Source: Squalus acanthias
Lineage: Eukaryota
Length of the DNA stretch: 64,000 nucleotides
Assembly: GCA_030390025.1 (NCBI GenBank)
Contig: CM059431.1
Span: 98,210,001 to 98,274,000 of the forward strand
Reading direction: 5' to 3'
Shown here: positions 1 through 9,859 of the stretch, piece by piece
How the letters are laid out: each line of letters begins with the position of its first letter
Position numbering within the stretch: the stretch's first letter is position 1
Notes under the pieces: model-generated
Told to the model about the DNA's origin: nothing
Databases searched by the model: none
Seen by the model: only the letters and a program-made list of their open reading frames with translations
Made by a program: the position numbers and the translations under genes

Positions 1-122
1 GTGTAAGAGAGAGTGAGTGTGTAAGAGAGTGTGTGAGTGTGTAAGAGAGAGTGAGTGTGTGTAAGAGAGAGTGAGTGTGTAAGAGAGTGCGTGAGTGTGT
101 AAGAGAGAGTGAGTGTGTGAGA
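1..122. repeat. GT/GA-rich short tandem repeat (~18-20 bp unit GTGTAAGAGAGAGTGA), truncated by window edge
   Basis: Direct reading: about 6 copies of gtgtaagagag(a/t)gtgagt. Confidence 0.9.
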
Positions 123-379
123 GTTGTCTCACACACAGGGACAGATCACACTGCCGCAGAACAAGCAGCACACACTGCGATGTCATTGAAACCTTCCCCC
201 TACAGATTGCAGTCAGTCTATAGTCTAAAATATCAGACTTTAAAATCTCTTATTTAGGCAGGAAAAATATCTGTTGCAATGTTTTTTGTTAAAGTGATTG
301 TGTTTTTTTCCAAGTTGTGCAAGATGTGAAGGCTGAGTCTATCTTGGGGCTGGAATTTGTGTGTCCCAATAGCGTGGGA

Positions 380-440
380 TAGATAGACCTGTTGGGCCGA
401 ATGGCCTGTTCCTGTGCTGTACAATTCTATGTAATTCTAT
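380..440 (+). mobile_element. CR1 LINE 3'-terminal fragment
   Basis: GGGCCGAATGGCCTGTT..TGTGCTGTA followed by ATTCTAT repeats; the same tail follows the CR1 ORF2 remnant at ~6620-6660. Confidence 0.75.
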
Positions 441-499
441 CTGAGGGTTTGGGTGTTTGAGGTCTAATCTTTGGGATTGCCTCGATGGTCTGTAGAGCT

Positions 500-554
500 T
501 TCACTGCCCTTGTACTTTCCATTGTTCCCATAGAGAAATCGGGGGGGTGGGGCG

Positions 555-588
<34 letters not shown>

Positions 589-900
589 GAGACACACACA
601 CTCAGACAGAGATAGACAGAGAGAGACAGACAGAGATAGAGAGCGATAAAGACAGAGAGAGATAGTGAGAGAGAGAGAGTTGGAGAGTCAAAGATATAGA
701 GACAGAAACAGACCAAGGGAGAGAGAGAGAGAGAGAGATACAGACAGATGAAAGACAGTCAAAGACAGATAGAGAAACAGACAAAAGGGAGAGAGAGAAT
801 GTGAGAAACAGTCTGAGTGAGAGACAGTCAAGGAGAGAGAGATAGTGTGAGAGACAGAGAGTGAATGACAGACAAAGAGAGGGAGACACACGCACAGAGG
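500..900. repeat. (GA)/(GACA)-rich low-complexity microsatellite region
   Basis: Runs of GAGA/GACA; explains the spurious Ser/Leu-rich minus-strand ORFs. Confidence 0.9.
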
Positions 901-1407
901 GAGTGTGCGAGTGCACAATGTTCAGTGAAGCATTGTGGAGTAAGGGGCAAAGACAAGCGATCCCCAGTAACAGGAGCAGTCACTGGGCTGGAGCGTTTGT
1001 TGTCAAAAAATCGCCGGCGCACTGCTGCAGAGAAAGGCTTCTTTTCCAGATTAGATGTGAGGGTAATATTACAAACTGGGACTGTAGGCCAGCAGGGAGA
1101 TAGGTGGGGGATCTGGACAGGCAGCTCAGTGAGGCTGGTAGGATTGTCCTGGAGGACCTCACTGAGTTACGGATTCCCATTCCTGATTTGGGCTCCGAGG
1201 GGCAAGGTTCTGTGCGGCAGCTTGACTCCGTCCCACCCACCAATCAGGTAGATTTTACATGTTGGCTGGTCCCGATGGAAATCCGTTGGAGGCCACACAT
1301 CGGATGCCAACACCTGTGCCCGATTTCCCAGTCCGAGAGCCTGTCGCACTGAGATCTAACGGGATCACCAGATCATGAAACGTACGCCTCAGTCTCTGCC
1401 CTGTAAG

Positions 1408-1672
1408 GGGACGGTGGCCTAATGGTTACGGTACTGATTGTGAGTTCAAATCCCACCGTGGCAACTGAATTCAATAAATCTTGGTCGTTTGTGGCTGGTC
1501 TCAGTAAAAGTGACCATGAAGCTGTCGGATTGTCGTAAAAACCCAACTGGTTCACTAATGTCCCTTAGGGAAGGAAACCTGCCGTCCTTACCTGGTCTGG
1601 GCCTATATGTGACTCCAGTCCCGCACCGAAGTGGTTGACCTCAGGGCAATAAGGGAAAGGCAATAAATGCGA
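1408..1672 (+). mobile_element. tRNA-derived SINE, family B (unnamed here), internally deleted
   Basis: Pol III A-box-like TGGCCTAATGG (~1415) and B-box GAGTTCAAATCCC (~1442). Body (CTGGTTCACTAATGTCC..GGAAGGAAACCTGCCGTCC) matches copies at 13430-13800 and 22585-23040; tail GGCAATAAATGC. Confidence 0.75.
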
Positions 1673-1694
1673 CTTTTGCAGTAGTTGCCCACAG

Positions 1695-1739
1695 GCCAAG
1701 GTCAAATACAAAGAAGTGTTTGTTCCAATGCTGAGAGAG
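1695..1739 (+). CDS. candidate 45-nt exon (AKVKYKEVFVPMLRE), host gene unknown
   Basis: Acceptor ...tgcccacag, donor GAG|GTGAGC, length divisible by 3, open frame; no homology recognised. Confidence 0.2.
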
Positions 1740-1805
1740 GTGAGCTGCCCAATTGAGGATGAGATCCAAGAGTCCTCGATGTACAGAAGCATGGCCAGAC
1801 AATAC

Positions 1806-2033
1806 GGAGAGCTCGCCCACACTACCACAGCCTGTGACCAGGCCCGGGGGATGGAGAGCTCGCCCACACTACCACAGCCTGTGACCAGGCCCGGGGGATG
1901 GAGAGCTCGCCCACACTACCACAGCCTGTGACCAGGCCCGGGGGATGGAGAGCTCGCCCACACTACCACAGCCTGTGACCAGGCCCGGGGGATGGAGAGC
2001 TCGCCCACACTACCACAGCCTGTGACCAGGCCC
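1806..2033. repeat. 47-bp minisatellite, ~4.8 copies
   Basis: Unit GGAGAGCTCGCCCACACTACCACAGCCTGTGACCAGGCCCGGGGGAT; GCTCG recurs at 1811, 1858, 1905. Confidence 0.95.
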
Positions 2034-2134
2034 CCATTTCTCTCATTAAGGAGTCTGTTAGAGGCAATCTCATCTGCGATCCCAACCAAAATCGGGCAGG
2101 ATGAGGGAAAATTTGGGAGGTGGGGCCTACTGCA

Positions 2135-2582
2135 CCCCTCACTCCCCCCCATTGCCCCTTCACTGCCCCCTCATTGCCCCCTCATTGCCCCCTCATTGAC
2201 CCCCTCACTCCCCCCATTGTCTCCTCACTGCCCCCTCATTGCCCCCTCATTGACCCCCTCACTCCCCCATTGTCTCCTCACTGCCCCCTCATTGTCCCCT
2301 CATTGACCCCCTCACTCCCCCCATTGTCTCCTCACTCTCCCCCATTGTCTCCTCACTGCCCCCTCATTGCCCCCTCATTGACCCCCTCACTCCCCCATTG
2401 TCTCCTCACTGCCCCCTCGTTGCCCCCTCATTGACCCCCTCACTCCCCCATTGTCTCCTCACTGCCCCCTCATTGCCCCCTCATTGACCCCCTCACTCCC
2501 CCCATTGTCTCCTCACTCTCCCCCATTGTCTCCTCATTGCCCCCTCATTGACCCCCTCACTCCCCCCTCACTGCCCCCCAAT
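2135..2582. repeat. C-rich compound tandem repeat (CCCCCTCA / CCCCATTG modules)
   Basis: Reiterated ccccctcattg, ccccctcactc and cccattgtctcctca modules; the Pro-rich ORFs are artefacts. Confidence 0.9.
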
Positions 2583-2834
2583 CCCACTGGGACCCCCGCT
2601 AGCTCTGTTCCTGCCCACCCCATGACCCCATGCAAATGATGCCAAGGTGGGGGGCAGTGGGGGGTCTCAGGGCACAGAGGATTTCTCTCCCAGCCGCCCC
2701 ATGCACTGCCGCTCCCAGAGCCGCCATGTGGAAGGAGGGAGTCGTCCCCGGGGAGCGGCGGTAGCGGCTCTGTGTCCTCCTGTGGAGCGAGGGGGAGGAG
2801 CTTACACTCGGTCTTTGGGGCAATCTGTCCCCTT

Positions 2835-2980
2835 AAGAAAAACTTGCATTTCTATATCACCTTTCACAACCTCAGGATGTCCCAAAGCGCTTTACAGCCA
2901 ATGAACTACTTTTGAAGTGTAGTCACTGTTGTAATGTAGGGAACGCGGCAGCCAATTTGCGCACAGCAAGATCCCACACA
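2835..2980 (-). mobile_element. SacSINE1/DeuSINE-like SINE 3' fragment
   Basis: Reverse complement matches 13075-13200 of the full copy (GGATCTTGCTGTGCGCAAATTGGCTGCCGCG...AAAGCGCTTTGGGAC). Confidence 0.8.
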
Positions 2981-3431
2981 CAGGCCGGGTAGGCAGAAGT
3001 TCCGGTCCATTGGAACTCTGGCCTGGAGAGGAGTATCCCGCTGGAATCTCCTTCGTTCTCACCATTGTTGTTGTTTCTCTCTCACTGCTTCCACAATATC
3101 TCCTCCCCTCTATTTCCCGTTTTGATCAACCTCTCGGCGCGCCTCTCGCACATTCTTTTGCCGACCTTCCCAATTTCTAAGTCCAGCATGTGCAGTACAA
3201 TGTCCGTGAACACACACTGGGTTTGGAGCAGACTGTTGCAACACAAGCGGGGGGGGGGGGGGAAAGAAACTGAGGTTGGGGGCGGTGGTTGTGGGGGTCT
3301 CACAGAAGGGGGGCCGTTTGCCCTGGGGCAGGGTCTGGGATTGGAGCTGGAGGTGTGGGGCTTGTTACTACTCGAGGAAGGGAGGGTGATTCAGTGCGGC
3401 GAAGATCTGGGAGCATTCTGAATAAACATTT

Positions 3432-3532
3432 AGAAGGGTAGATGGAATTAAGATACAGATCAGCCGTGATCTAATTGAATGGCGGATCAGACTCGAGGGG
3501 CTGATGGGCCTCCTCCTGTTCCTATGTTCCTA
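3432..3532 (+). mobile_element. CR1 LINE 3' UTR fragment
   Basis: CAGATCAGCC..GATCTAATTGAATGGCGG..CTCGAGGGGCTG..GGCCTCCTCCTGTTCCTATGTTCCT, a CR1-type tail. Confidence 0.7.
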
Positions 3533-4254
3533 AGGGGCAAGCAAGGCTGGGAGGGCTTGGGAAGGGGGTGGAGCTTGGGGGGAGGGTGCTAGGGCGAGTG
3601 AATGCTCAGGGGGAGGGGATCAGACCTCACTGGGGAGCTGGAGCCAGGGGCCAGGGACCTGTGAACACTCAGCTGGAGGGCTAGGGTCAGTGAACAGGGG
3701 GAGACGCAATGAGCTCTTGGAAGGGAGGAGAGGATTAAATGCCGAGGGGGAGAGAGAATGTAATTCAAGAGCGGTGAGCAAGTGGAGCCGAGCAAGGAAC
3801 AGGGGGAGGCGGTGGCTAGGAATGGGTCGCTGGGGCAAATAGGTGCTCGGGGTGGGGAGGGGGGGAATTGAGATCATGGGGTGTGAGCAGTGAGCACTAG
3901 AGGTCAAAGTGCTTTCAGGTCATGGGGTGGGGGGGGGATCGGGAGGGAGGAGCCAGGAGCCGAGGACACCCTAGGCTCAGCAAAGGTCATGAACAGAGCC
4001 TCAGAGTGCAGCAGACAGCGACGGGGAAAGAGATTGGCAGAAAAACAGCATCCCGAGAAGCAAGAGATGTTAGGGGCCGGGGGGGGGGTGAGTATTAGAG
4101 GGAGAGAAGAAGGGAGGTCCAACACTTGGTGTTGATACTGTGCGGGACAGAGTGGGCTACAATCAGGCGGGAGAAATCAGCGACCTGGAGTTTGTATCAG
4201 GAAAGGGGGAAATGAGAGAAGTCTGGGCTAAAAGTAACTGGCAAAATTCCCCAA

Positions 4255-4760
4255 CCTCGAGTACTGTGAGCAGTTCTGGGCACCGCACCTTAGGAAGGAT
4301 ATATTGGCCTTGGAGGGAGAGCAGCGTAGGTTTACCAGAATGATACCCGGACTCCAAGGGTTAAATTATGAGGAGAGATTACACAAACTAGGGTTGTGTT
4401 TCCTGGAATTTAGAAGGTTGAGGGGTGATCTGATCGAAGTTTTCAAGATATTAAAAGGAACTGATAGGGTGGATAGTAACGTTCCCTCTGTGCAGCCCAC
4501 GGCTGTCTGGAGGTCCCGCGCAGCCCGGTACCGGCTTTTCAAATGTGAAATTCGCGCTTGTGTGAAACTGTGAATGGGCCACGCAGCCCGTTAAAGGGAC
4601 CGCGCACCCAAAAAAATTAGGGGGAACATTGGTGGATAGACAGAAACTATTCCCGCTGGTTGGTGAGTCTAGGACTAGGGGACATATTCTAAAGAATAGG
4701 GACAGATCTTTCAGGAGTGAAGTTAGGAAATGGCCTCCTCCTGCTCCCATATTCCTAATT
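4255..4760 (+). mobile_element. CR1 LINE ORF2 C-terminal fragment, interrupted by a MITE
   Basis: Translates EYCEQFWAPHLRKDILALEGEQRRFTRMIPGLQGLNYEERLHKLGL..RRLRGDLIEVFKIL..DRVD / RQKLFPLVGESRTRGH, typical of the CR1 ORF2 C-terminus; ends in a CR1 tail. Confidence 0.9.
4477..4631. mobile_element. hAT-like MITE (155 bp)
   Basis: 8-bp TSD GTGGATAG (4469-4476 and 4632-4639); imperfect TIR TAACGTTCCCTCT / CAATGTTCCCCCT. Removing it restores the CR1 reading frame. Confidence 0.8.
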
Positions 4761-4819
4761 CAGGCATGTTTCTCGCAGTTGCAAAAGGAGTGTTTCCTTC
4801 CCTTATTATGCTACTTTAG

Positions 4820-4980
4820 GGAGCAGGACAGTGAGGAGGGGCAATGGGTGTGTGCAGAACCCTCAAAACTATCGGGATCACAAGATCAAAGTCCAGCTCA
4901 ACGATTCAACCTCCAGGCTTTGTCAGGGAGCAGAGTCCTGGAGGGAAATCTTACTGGCTGGATTACCAACAGGTTCATGA
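4820..4980 (+). CDS. candidate exon (possible start exon MGVCRTLKTIGITRSKSSSTIQPPGFVREQSPGGKSYWLDYQQVH), host gene unknown
   Basis: Polypyrimidine acceptor ttccttcccttattatgctactttag, donor GA|GTAAGT, ATG in GGGGCAATGG context. Another frame is also open, and no homology was recognised. Confidence 0.3.
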
Positions 4981-5114
4981 GTAAGTTTAAATTTGTGAAT
5001 TAGTCAAATTTTCTGTACTTGTTATGACGCCAATTGGATATTTTATCTACACACGGTTAGCAAACTGAATAAGCAATGTTCGAGCCAGATAAATTCAGAA
5101 AATACTCTTTGAGG

Positions 5115-5310
5115 AACTGGTTGGTTTGTTTTGCTGCAGTTGCTTTTTCTGATTGGTAGTTTGTAAAGAAAAACGAGTGACGTGATTGGTTGGTTTTGCA
5201 TGAGTTTCCTGTTGTGGATTGGTGGCTTTTAAGAAAAAAACAAAGATTTGTTTGATTGAGTTTGTGTGGGCGGCTGGTTCCTGATTGGTAGCCTTTAAGA
5301 AAGAACGAAA
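5115..5310. promoter_or_regulatory. array of CCAAT (ATTGG) boxes at ~33-bp periodicity; possible NF-Y promoter or degenerate tandem repeat
   Basis: ATTGG at 5152, 5185, 5218, 5284 (ATTGA at 5255); GTGACGTG at ~5177; more ATTGG at 5521 and 5572 beyond a SINE fragment. Confidence 0.35.
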
Positions 5311-5324
5311 GAAAGACTCGCATT

Positions 5325-5508
5325 TCGACAAGACCTTTCCTGTCCTCAGGACAGCCCAGAGCGCTTCACAGCCAATGAGGTGTTACATTGAAGTTGTTGT
5401 AATGAGGGAAACGCAGCAGCCAATTTGCTCACAGCAAGCTCCCACAAACAGCAATGTGATAATGACCAGATCATCTGTTTCAGTGATGTTGGTTGAGGGA
5501 TAAATATT
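5325..5508 (-). mobile_element. SacSINE1/DeuSINE-like SINE 3' fragment
   Basis: Reverse complement matches 13015-13200 (AATATTTATCCCTCAACCAACATCACTGAAACAGA...). Confidence 0.8.
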
Positions 5509-5682
5509 TTGAGAGGCTTGATTGGTTGGTTTTTTATGAGCTGATGGGTCAGAACTGTCTACTGGCTTGTGATTGGTAGGTTTTCCTACCTGTCTATGTT
5601 TGAATGAATCAGCATGGTTAATTTAACAGAGAACAGTTATCTGAGCCATAGATTCATGAGCTGTTCTTCACCTTCCCACCAT

Positions 5683-5946
5683 GCGCATCCCCGATTTCCA
5701 TCGCCCCACCATTGCCGGCTGTACCTTTAGTTGCCTAAGCTCTGGAATTCCCTCCCTAAACCTCTCCGCCTCTCTCTCCTCCTTTAAGATGCTCCTTAAA
5801 ACCGACCTCTTTGACCAAGCTTTTAGTTATCTGTCCTAATATCTCCTGATGTGGCTCGGTGTCAACTGTTGTCTAATAACACTCCTGTGAAGCGCCTTGG
5901 GTTTTACTACATTAAAGGTGCTATATAACTGCAAGTTGTTGTTGTT
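5683..5946 (+). mobile_element. L2 LINE 3' end
   Basis: CTCTGGAATTCCCTCCCTAAACCTCTCCG (LWNSLP motif), 3' UTR and (GTT)n tail shared with other copies in the window. Confidence 0.85.
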
Positions 5947-6317
5947 AGCCATGGCTATTCCCGTAATCTTTTCTCTTGCAACATTGCCTTTATTTTGGAG
6001 CATTGCTATTAGATGATCGGTGTGATATTGATGGGGCGGTGCTAATGCCTGTGTTACTGGAGGGGACAAGAGACACCCCAGGATATTGTCCTTCCAGGAC
6101 TCCGTTAGAGGTGGCGGTACTAGCCATGGCAAAAATTAAGCAGCCACCGCAAGCAGTGACATTGTCATTTCTAGTGAGCTGAGCTCCCACAGTTCAGCAA
6201 TGCCCAGATGTTACCCAACCATTGGAAAAAGCCCACAGATACAACCTTTAAACAGTGATACATGCTCAACATTGTCCATGTGCCATTACTATTCAACATT
6301 TGAAGTTTACAGCACAG

Positions 6318-6660
6318 AAGGTAGACGTGGAGAAGATGTTTCCACTTGTGGGGGAGTCCAAAACTAGAAGCCATAAATATAAGATAGTCACTGATAAATC
6401 CAATAGGAAATTCAGGAGAAATTTCTTTACCCAGAGAGTGGTGAGAATGTGGAACTCACTACCACAGGGAGTGGTTGAGGTGAATAGCACTGATGTATTT
6501 AAGGGGAAGCTGGATAAACACATGAGGGAGAAAGGAATAGAAGGATATGCTGATGAGGTGAGATGAAGAGGGGCGGGAGGAGGCTCGTGTGGAGCATAAA
6601 CACCGGCACGGACCAGTTGGGCCGAATGGCCTGTTTCTGTGCTGTACATTCGATGTAATT
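6318..6660 (+). mobile_element. CR1 LINE 3' fragment (ORF2 C-terminus plus tail)
   Basis: KVDVEKMFPLVGESKTRSHKYKI..FRRNFFTQRVVRMWNSLPQGVVE..FKGKLDKHM; tail GGGCCGAATGGCCTGTTTCTGTGCTGT. Confidence 0.9.
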
Positions 6661-6814
6661 ACTGTATATTACAGAAATGCTTGCAGTGGACGTGACTGCG
6701 ATTAGCAGCACAACTGGAGGTTAGAGAAACGACCCAGGCATCTCGAGCATTTCCAGAGAGAATGTCGCTTAACACATTCGTATACAAAATACCATCCGTA
6801 ACAAGTGGGCAGTT

Positions 6815-6945
6815 AAAGCTGTGCGGGGATTGGCTACTGCATTCCTTACATTACAACAGAGTCTACACTTCAAATATAGTTCATTGGTTGTAAAGCACTT
6901 TGGGACACCTTAAGGATCTATATAAATGCAAGTTAATTTCTTTTC
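6815..6945 (+). mobile_element. SacSINE1/DeuSINE-like SINE 3' fragment, diverged
   Basis: ACATTACAACAG..CTACACTTCAAA..TTCATTGG.TGTAAAGCACTTTGGGAC..TATATAAATGCAAG. Confidence 0.7.
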
Positions 6946-7002
6946 CTTTTTCCTTATTTATCTGAAATTCCCTTGACTGCTATTTCCCTCTGTGTCAACC
7001 TG

Positions 7003-7466
7003 CTTCACCCATCACCCCCTGTGCTCACTGACCTACATTGGCTCCCGGTTAAGCAACGCCTCGATTTAAAAATTCTCATCCTTGTTTTCAAATCCCTCCA
7101 TGGCCTCGCCCCTCCCTATCTCTGTAATCTCCTCAGCCCCACAACCCCCCGAGATCTCTGCACTCCTCCAATTCTGCCCTCTTGAGCATCCCTGATTATA
7201 ATCGCTCAACCATTGATGGCCGTGCCTTCAGCTGCCTGGGCCCTAAGCTCTGGAATTCCCTCCCTAAACCTCTCCGCCTCGCTACCTCTCTCTCCTCCTT
7301 TAAGACGTTCCTTTAAACCTGCCTCTTCGACCAAGCCTTTGGTCACCTGTCCTAATATCTCCTTATGTGGCTCGGTGTCATATGTTGTTTGATAATCGCT
7401 CCTGTGAAGCACCCTGGGACGCTTTACTGCGTTAAAGGCGCTATAGAAATACAAGTTGTTGTTGTA
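7003..7466 (+). mobile_element. L2 LINE 3' fragment
   Basis: [39 protein letters not shown] (L2 ORF2 C-terminus), LWNSLP motif, (GTT)n tail. Confidence 0.9.
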
Positions 7467-7504
7467 ATATCCTTTTGGGAAGGAAATCTGCCGTTAAAAT
7501 CGGG

Positions 7505-7630
7505 GGTGTTCAAGAGGAGCGCAGAGATCTCGGGGGGTTGTGGGGCTGGAGGAGATTACAGAGATAGGGAGGGGCGAGGAGACCATGGAGGGATTTGAAA
7601 ACAAGGATGAGAATTATAAAATTGAGGCGA
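7505..7630 (-). mobile_element. L2 fragment, inverted relative to the adjacent copy
   Basis: Reverse complement similar to 7058-7185. Confidence 0.75.
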
Positions 7631-7631
7631 T

Positions 7632-8575
7632 TAGTGAACCAGTTGGGTTTTTAACGACAACCTGACAGCTTCATGGTCACTTTTACTGAGACCAGGGGGG
7701 AAAAATTGTGTATCGCCCATTTTGGGGTGCTAATATCGGCCGGGCGGAAAGTTTAGCGCCCGGCGCTATTTATCGCCTCCGACTGCAAAATTCGCCTCTA
7801 TTGCCCCTGGAGGTGATTTGAGTGCTAAATCAGGCGCTACACACCTCTCTTAAGGCGCTAACGTCGGGGAGCGAGGCGCTACCTCAGAACGCTACCGAAG
7901 CTCAGGCGATGTCCGTTACCATGGAAGCCAGACAGACTGGCGCCGTCCAGTTCTTAAAGGGAGGGGCCATCTTGCTGGCCAGCCACTCCCTGCTCATTGC
8001 AGTCTTGAATCTCAGCCTGGAGAGACCACGAAAGCAATTGTGTTGGAAGCACTAATGGATCGGCCCAGGGAAAGAGCTCGGCGCTTAGGAACCTCAAAAG
8101 TGGTGCTGAGGGCCAAAACTCCTTAGGACAGCGTTAAAACCAAATATTTTGCCGACAAGAAAAGGCAGGAAGCGCCCGCCTTTAAATAGTGCTCCCCCAG
8201 CCCCTTCCCGACTTGGAAACGTTCCCCTCCACCTGTTGTTCCTAGCGGCAGGCGCTAAGGCAGGGGGCGCGACTCAATATCCAGTCCTGGGCGCTACCGG
8301 GGCGTTGCACGCTTGACTGACATCACGATCTGCGGGCGCAGGAGATTGTGGCGGTAGTGTTTAGCGGCGCCGCAAAACGACTGGTCAATTTTGCGAGTGG
8401 TGCTAAAATCGCCGCGCCCGGGCGCTAAGTTCCTAGCGCCCCCCGGAGGCCCTGACGGGAGACACTAAGCAACCGAATTTCTCCCCCAACTTATTATTTC
8501 CAGATTTATTAAAGTCAAATTCTCAAACTGCCCACAGTGGGATCTGAACTCACATTCTCTGGATTATTGGTCCCA
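7632..8575 (-). mobile_element. SINE family B copy split by a Harbinger-like MITE (pieces 7632-7695 and 8490-8575)
   Basis: ...TTTTACTGAGACCAG | CTTATTATTTCCAGAT... rejoins to match the intact copy at ~22905-22935. Confidence 0.7.
7696..8486. mobile_element. GC-rich PIF/Harbinger-like MITE (~790 bp)
   Basis: Imperfect TIR GGGGGAAAAATT / GGGGAGAAATT; 3-bp TSD CAG / CAA; many GCGCTA/TAGCGC subterminal motifs; boundaries set by the interrupted SINE. Confidence 0.6.
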
Positions 8576-8584
8576 TCACACAAT

Positions 8585-9026
8585 CACTGCACCGCCCTGC
8601 CCCTACACACACACACACACACACACTGCACCGCCCTGCCCCTACACACACACACACACACACTGCACCGCCCTGCCCCTACACACACACACTGCACCGC
8701 CCTGCCCCTACACACACACACACACACACTGCACCGCCCTGCCCCTACACACACACACTGCACCGCCCTGCCCCTACACACACACACACACACTGCACCG
8801 CCCTGCCCCTACACACACACACACACACACACTGCACCGCCCTGCCCCTACACACACACACACTGCACCGCCCTGCCCCTACACACACACACACACACAC
8901 TGCACCGCCCTGCCCCTACACACACACACACTGCACCGCCCAGCCCCTACACACGCACACACACACTGCACCGCCCTGCCCCTACACACACACACACACA
9001 CTGCACCACCCTGCCCCTACACACAC
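8585..9026. repeat. compound minisatellite: CTGCACCGCCCTGCCCCTA core plus variable (CA)n spacer, ~13 copies
   Basis: Direct reading; spacer length varies between units. Confidence 0.95.
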
Positions 9027-9859
9027 CATGGCCTCTCACTATCAACAACAACAGCTGTTTATCAGTACAATAAACACTCAGGACATCACCAAATCCTGCT
9101 ATCAGTTTCATTCACTGCTTGCCAGTGTCTGAAAACTACCCGTTTGTAGTTGAAAGCGTTGAGACAGTGCAGACCAGACTGCTGCAGGAGTTCACTCACT
9201 CTAATACAAGCCCAGTGCTGGGGCAGTCATCACTGGAAAACCATCCCTCGGACTCTTTCCTGCAACACCGGCCATTGATTTGCTCATTGAAGAACAACAC
9301 AACACACGGCATTATGAAGCCAATCTTTACATGGTTAAATGTATCTCATTCCTCCCCACATTAATGTTTCAAATTCGGTACGAATATATTTGGGTAAATG
9401 TTCCTGAGCCTCTCCCATTGGGAATGGGTATCAGGAAATCGCAGCAGATTTTCCATCCATTAATTTTAATGGACTGAGATGCACGATCTCTGGACAAGAT
9501 TTCTCTCTGTGCTGCTGACAGTGTTGCTCCACATCTTGAACATTCCATCAAAGTATTCACCCTATTACCGAGTCCCAAAGGGGATGATTGATGGCCCATT
9601 TGTGACTCGCTTGTGCCTATGTTGTTCAATGCGTTATCAGATCCGCTCACACACGGGCTATAAATCAGACCCTTCCCAGTGCATCCTGCATGTCCCTCTG
9701 ACTTTTTGCCTTTTATTATTTTTCTTGGAATATGAACCCAACTCTTTTCTTTCCAGCTCCTTCGAACTCCGAGGTTCCACAGTGCGCAAAAGCTCCGATC
9801 TTCTTATAGAAACACACCGGCCATTTATTCACCCTCCCCAGCAGCATCATTAAGATCTG

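Noticed and set aside
1167..1349. Kelch-like motif KIYLIGGWDG on the minus strand
   Set aside because: Isolated in a 60-aa frame bounded by stops; lacks the upstream Arg/His and downstream Tyr/Trp kelch residues and suitable splice sites.
5946..6130. 10-bp direct repeat TAGCCATGGC flanking 165 bp
   Set aside because: No TIRs or tail between the copies, so an insertion cannot be supported.
8537..9073. His/Thr-rich 178 aa ORF
   Set aside because: Translation of a (CA)n-containing minisatellite.
9369..9804. ~145-codon open frame on the minus strand in unique DNA
   Set aside because: Weak AAG acceptor, no recognisable domain, and an opposite-strand ORF of similar length; compatible with chance.
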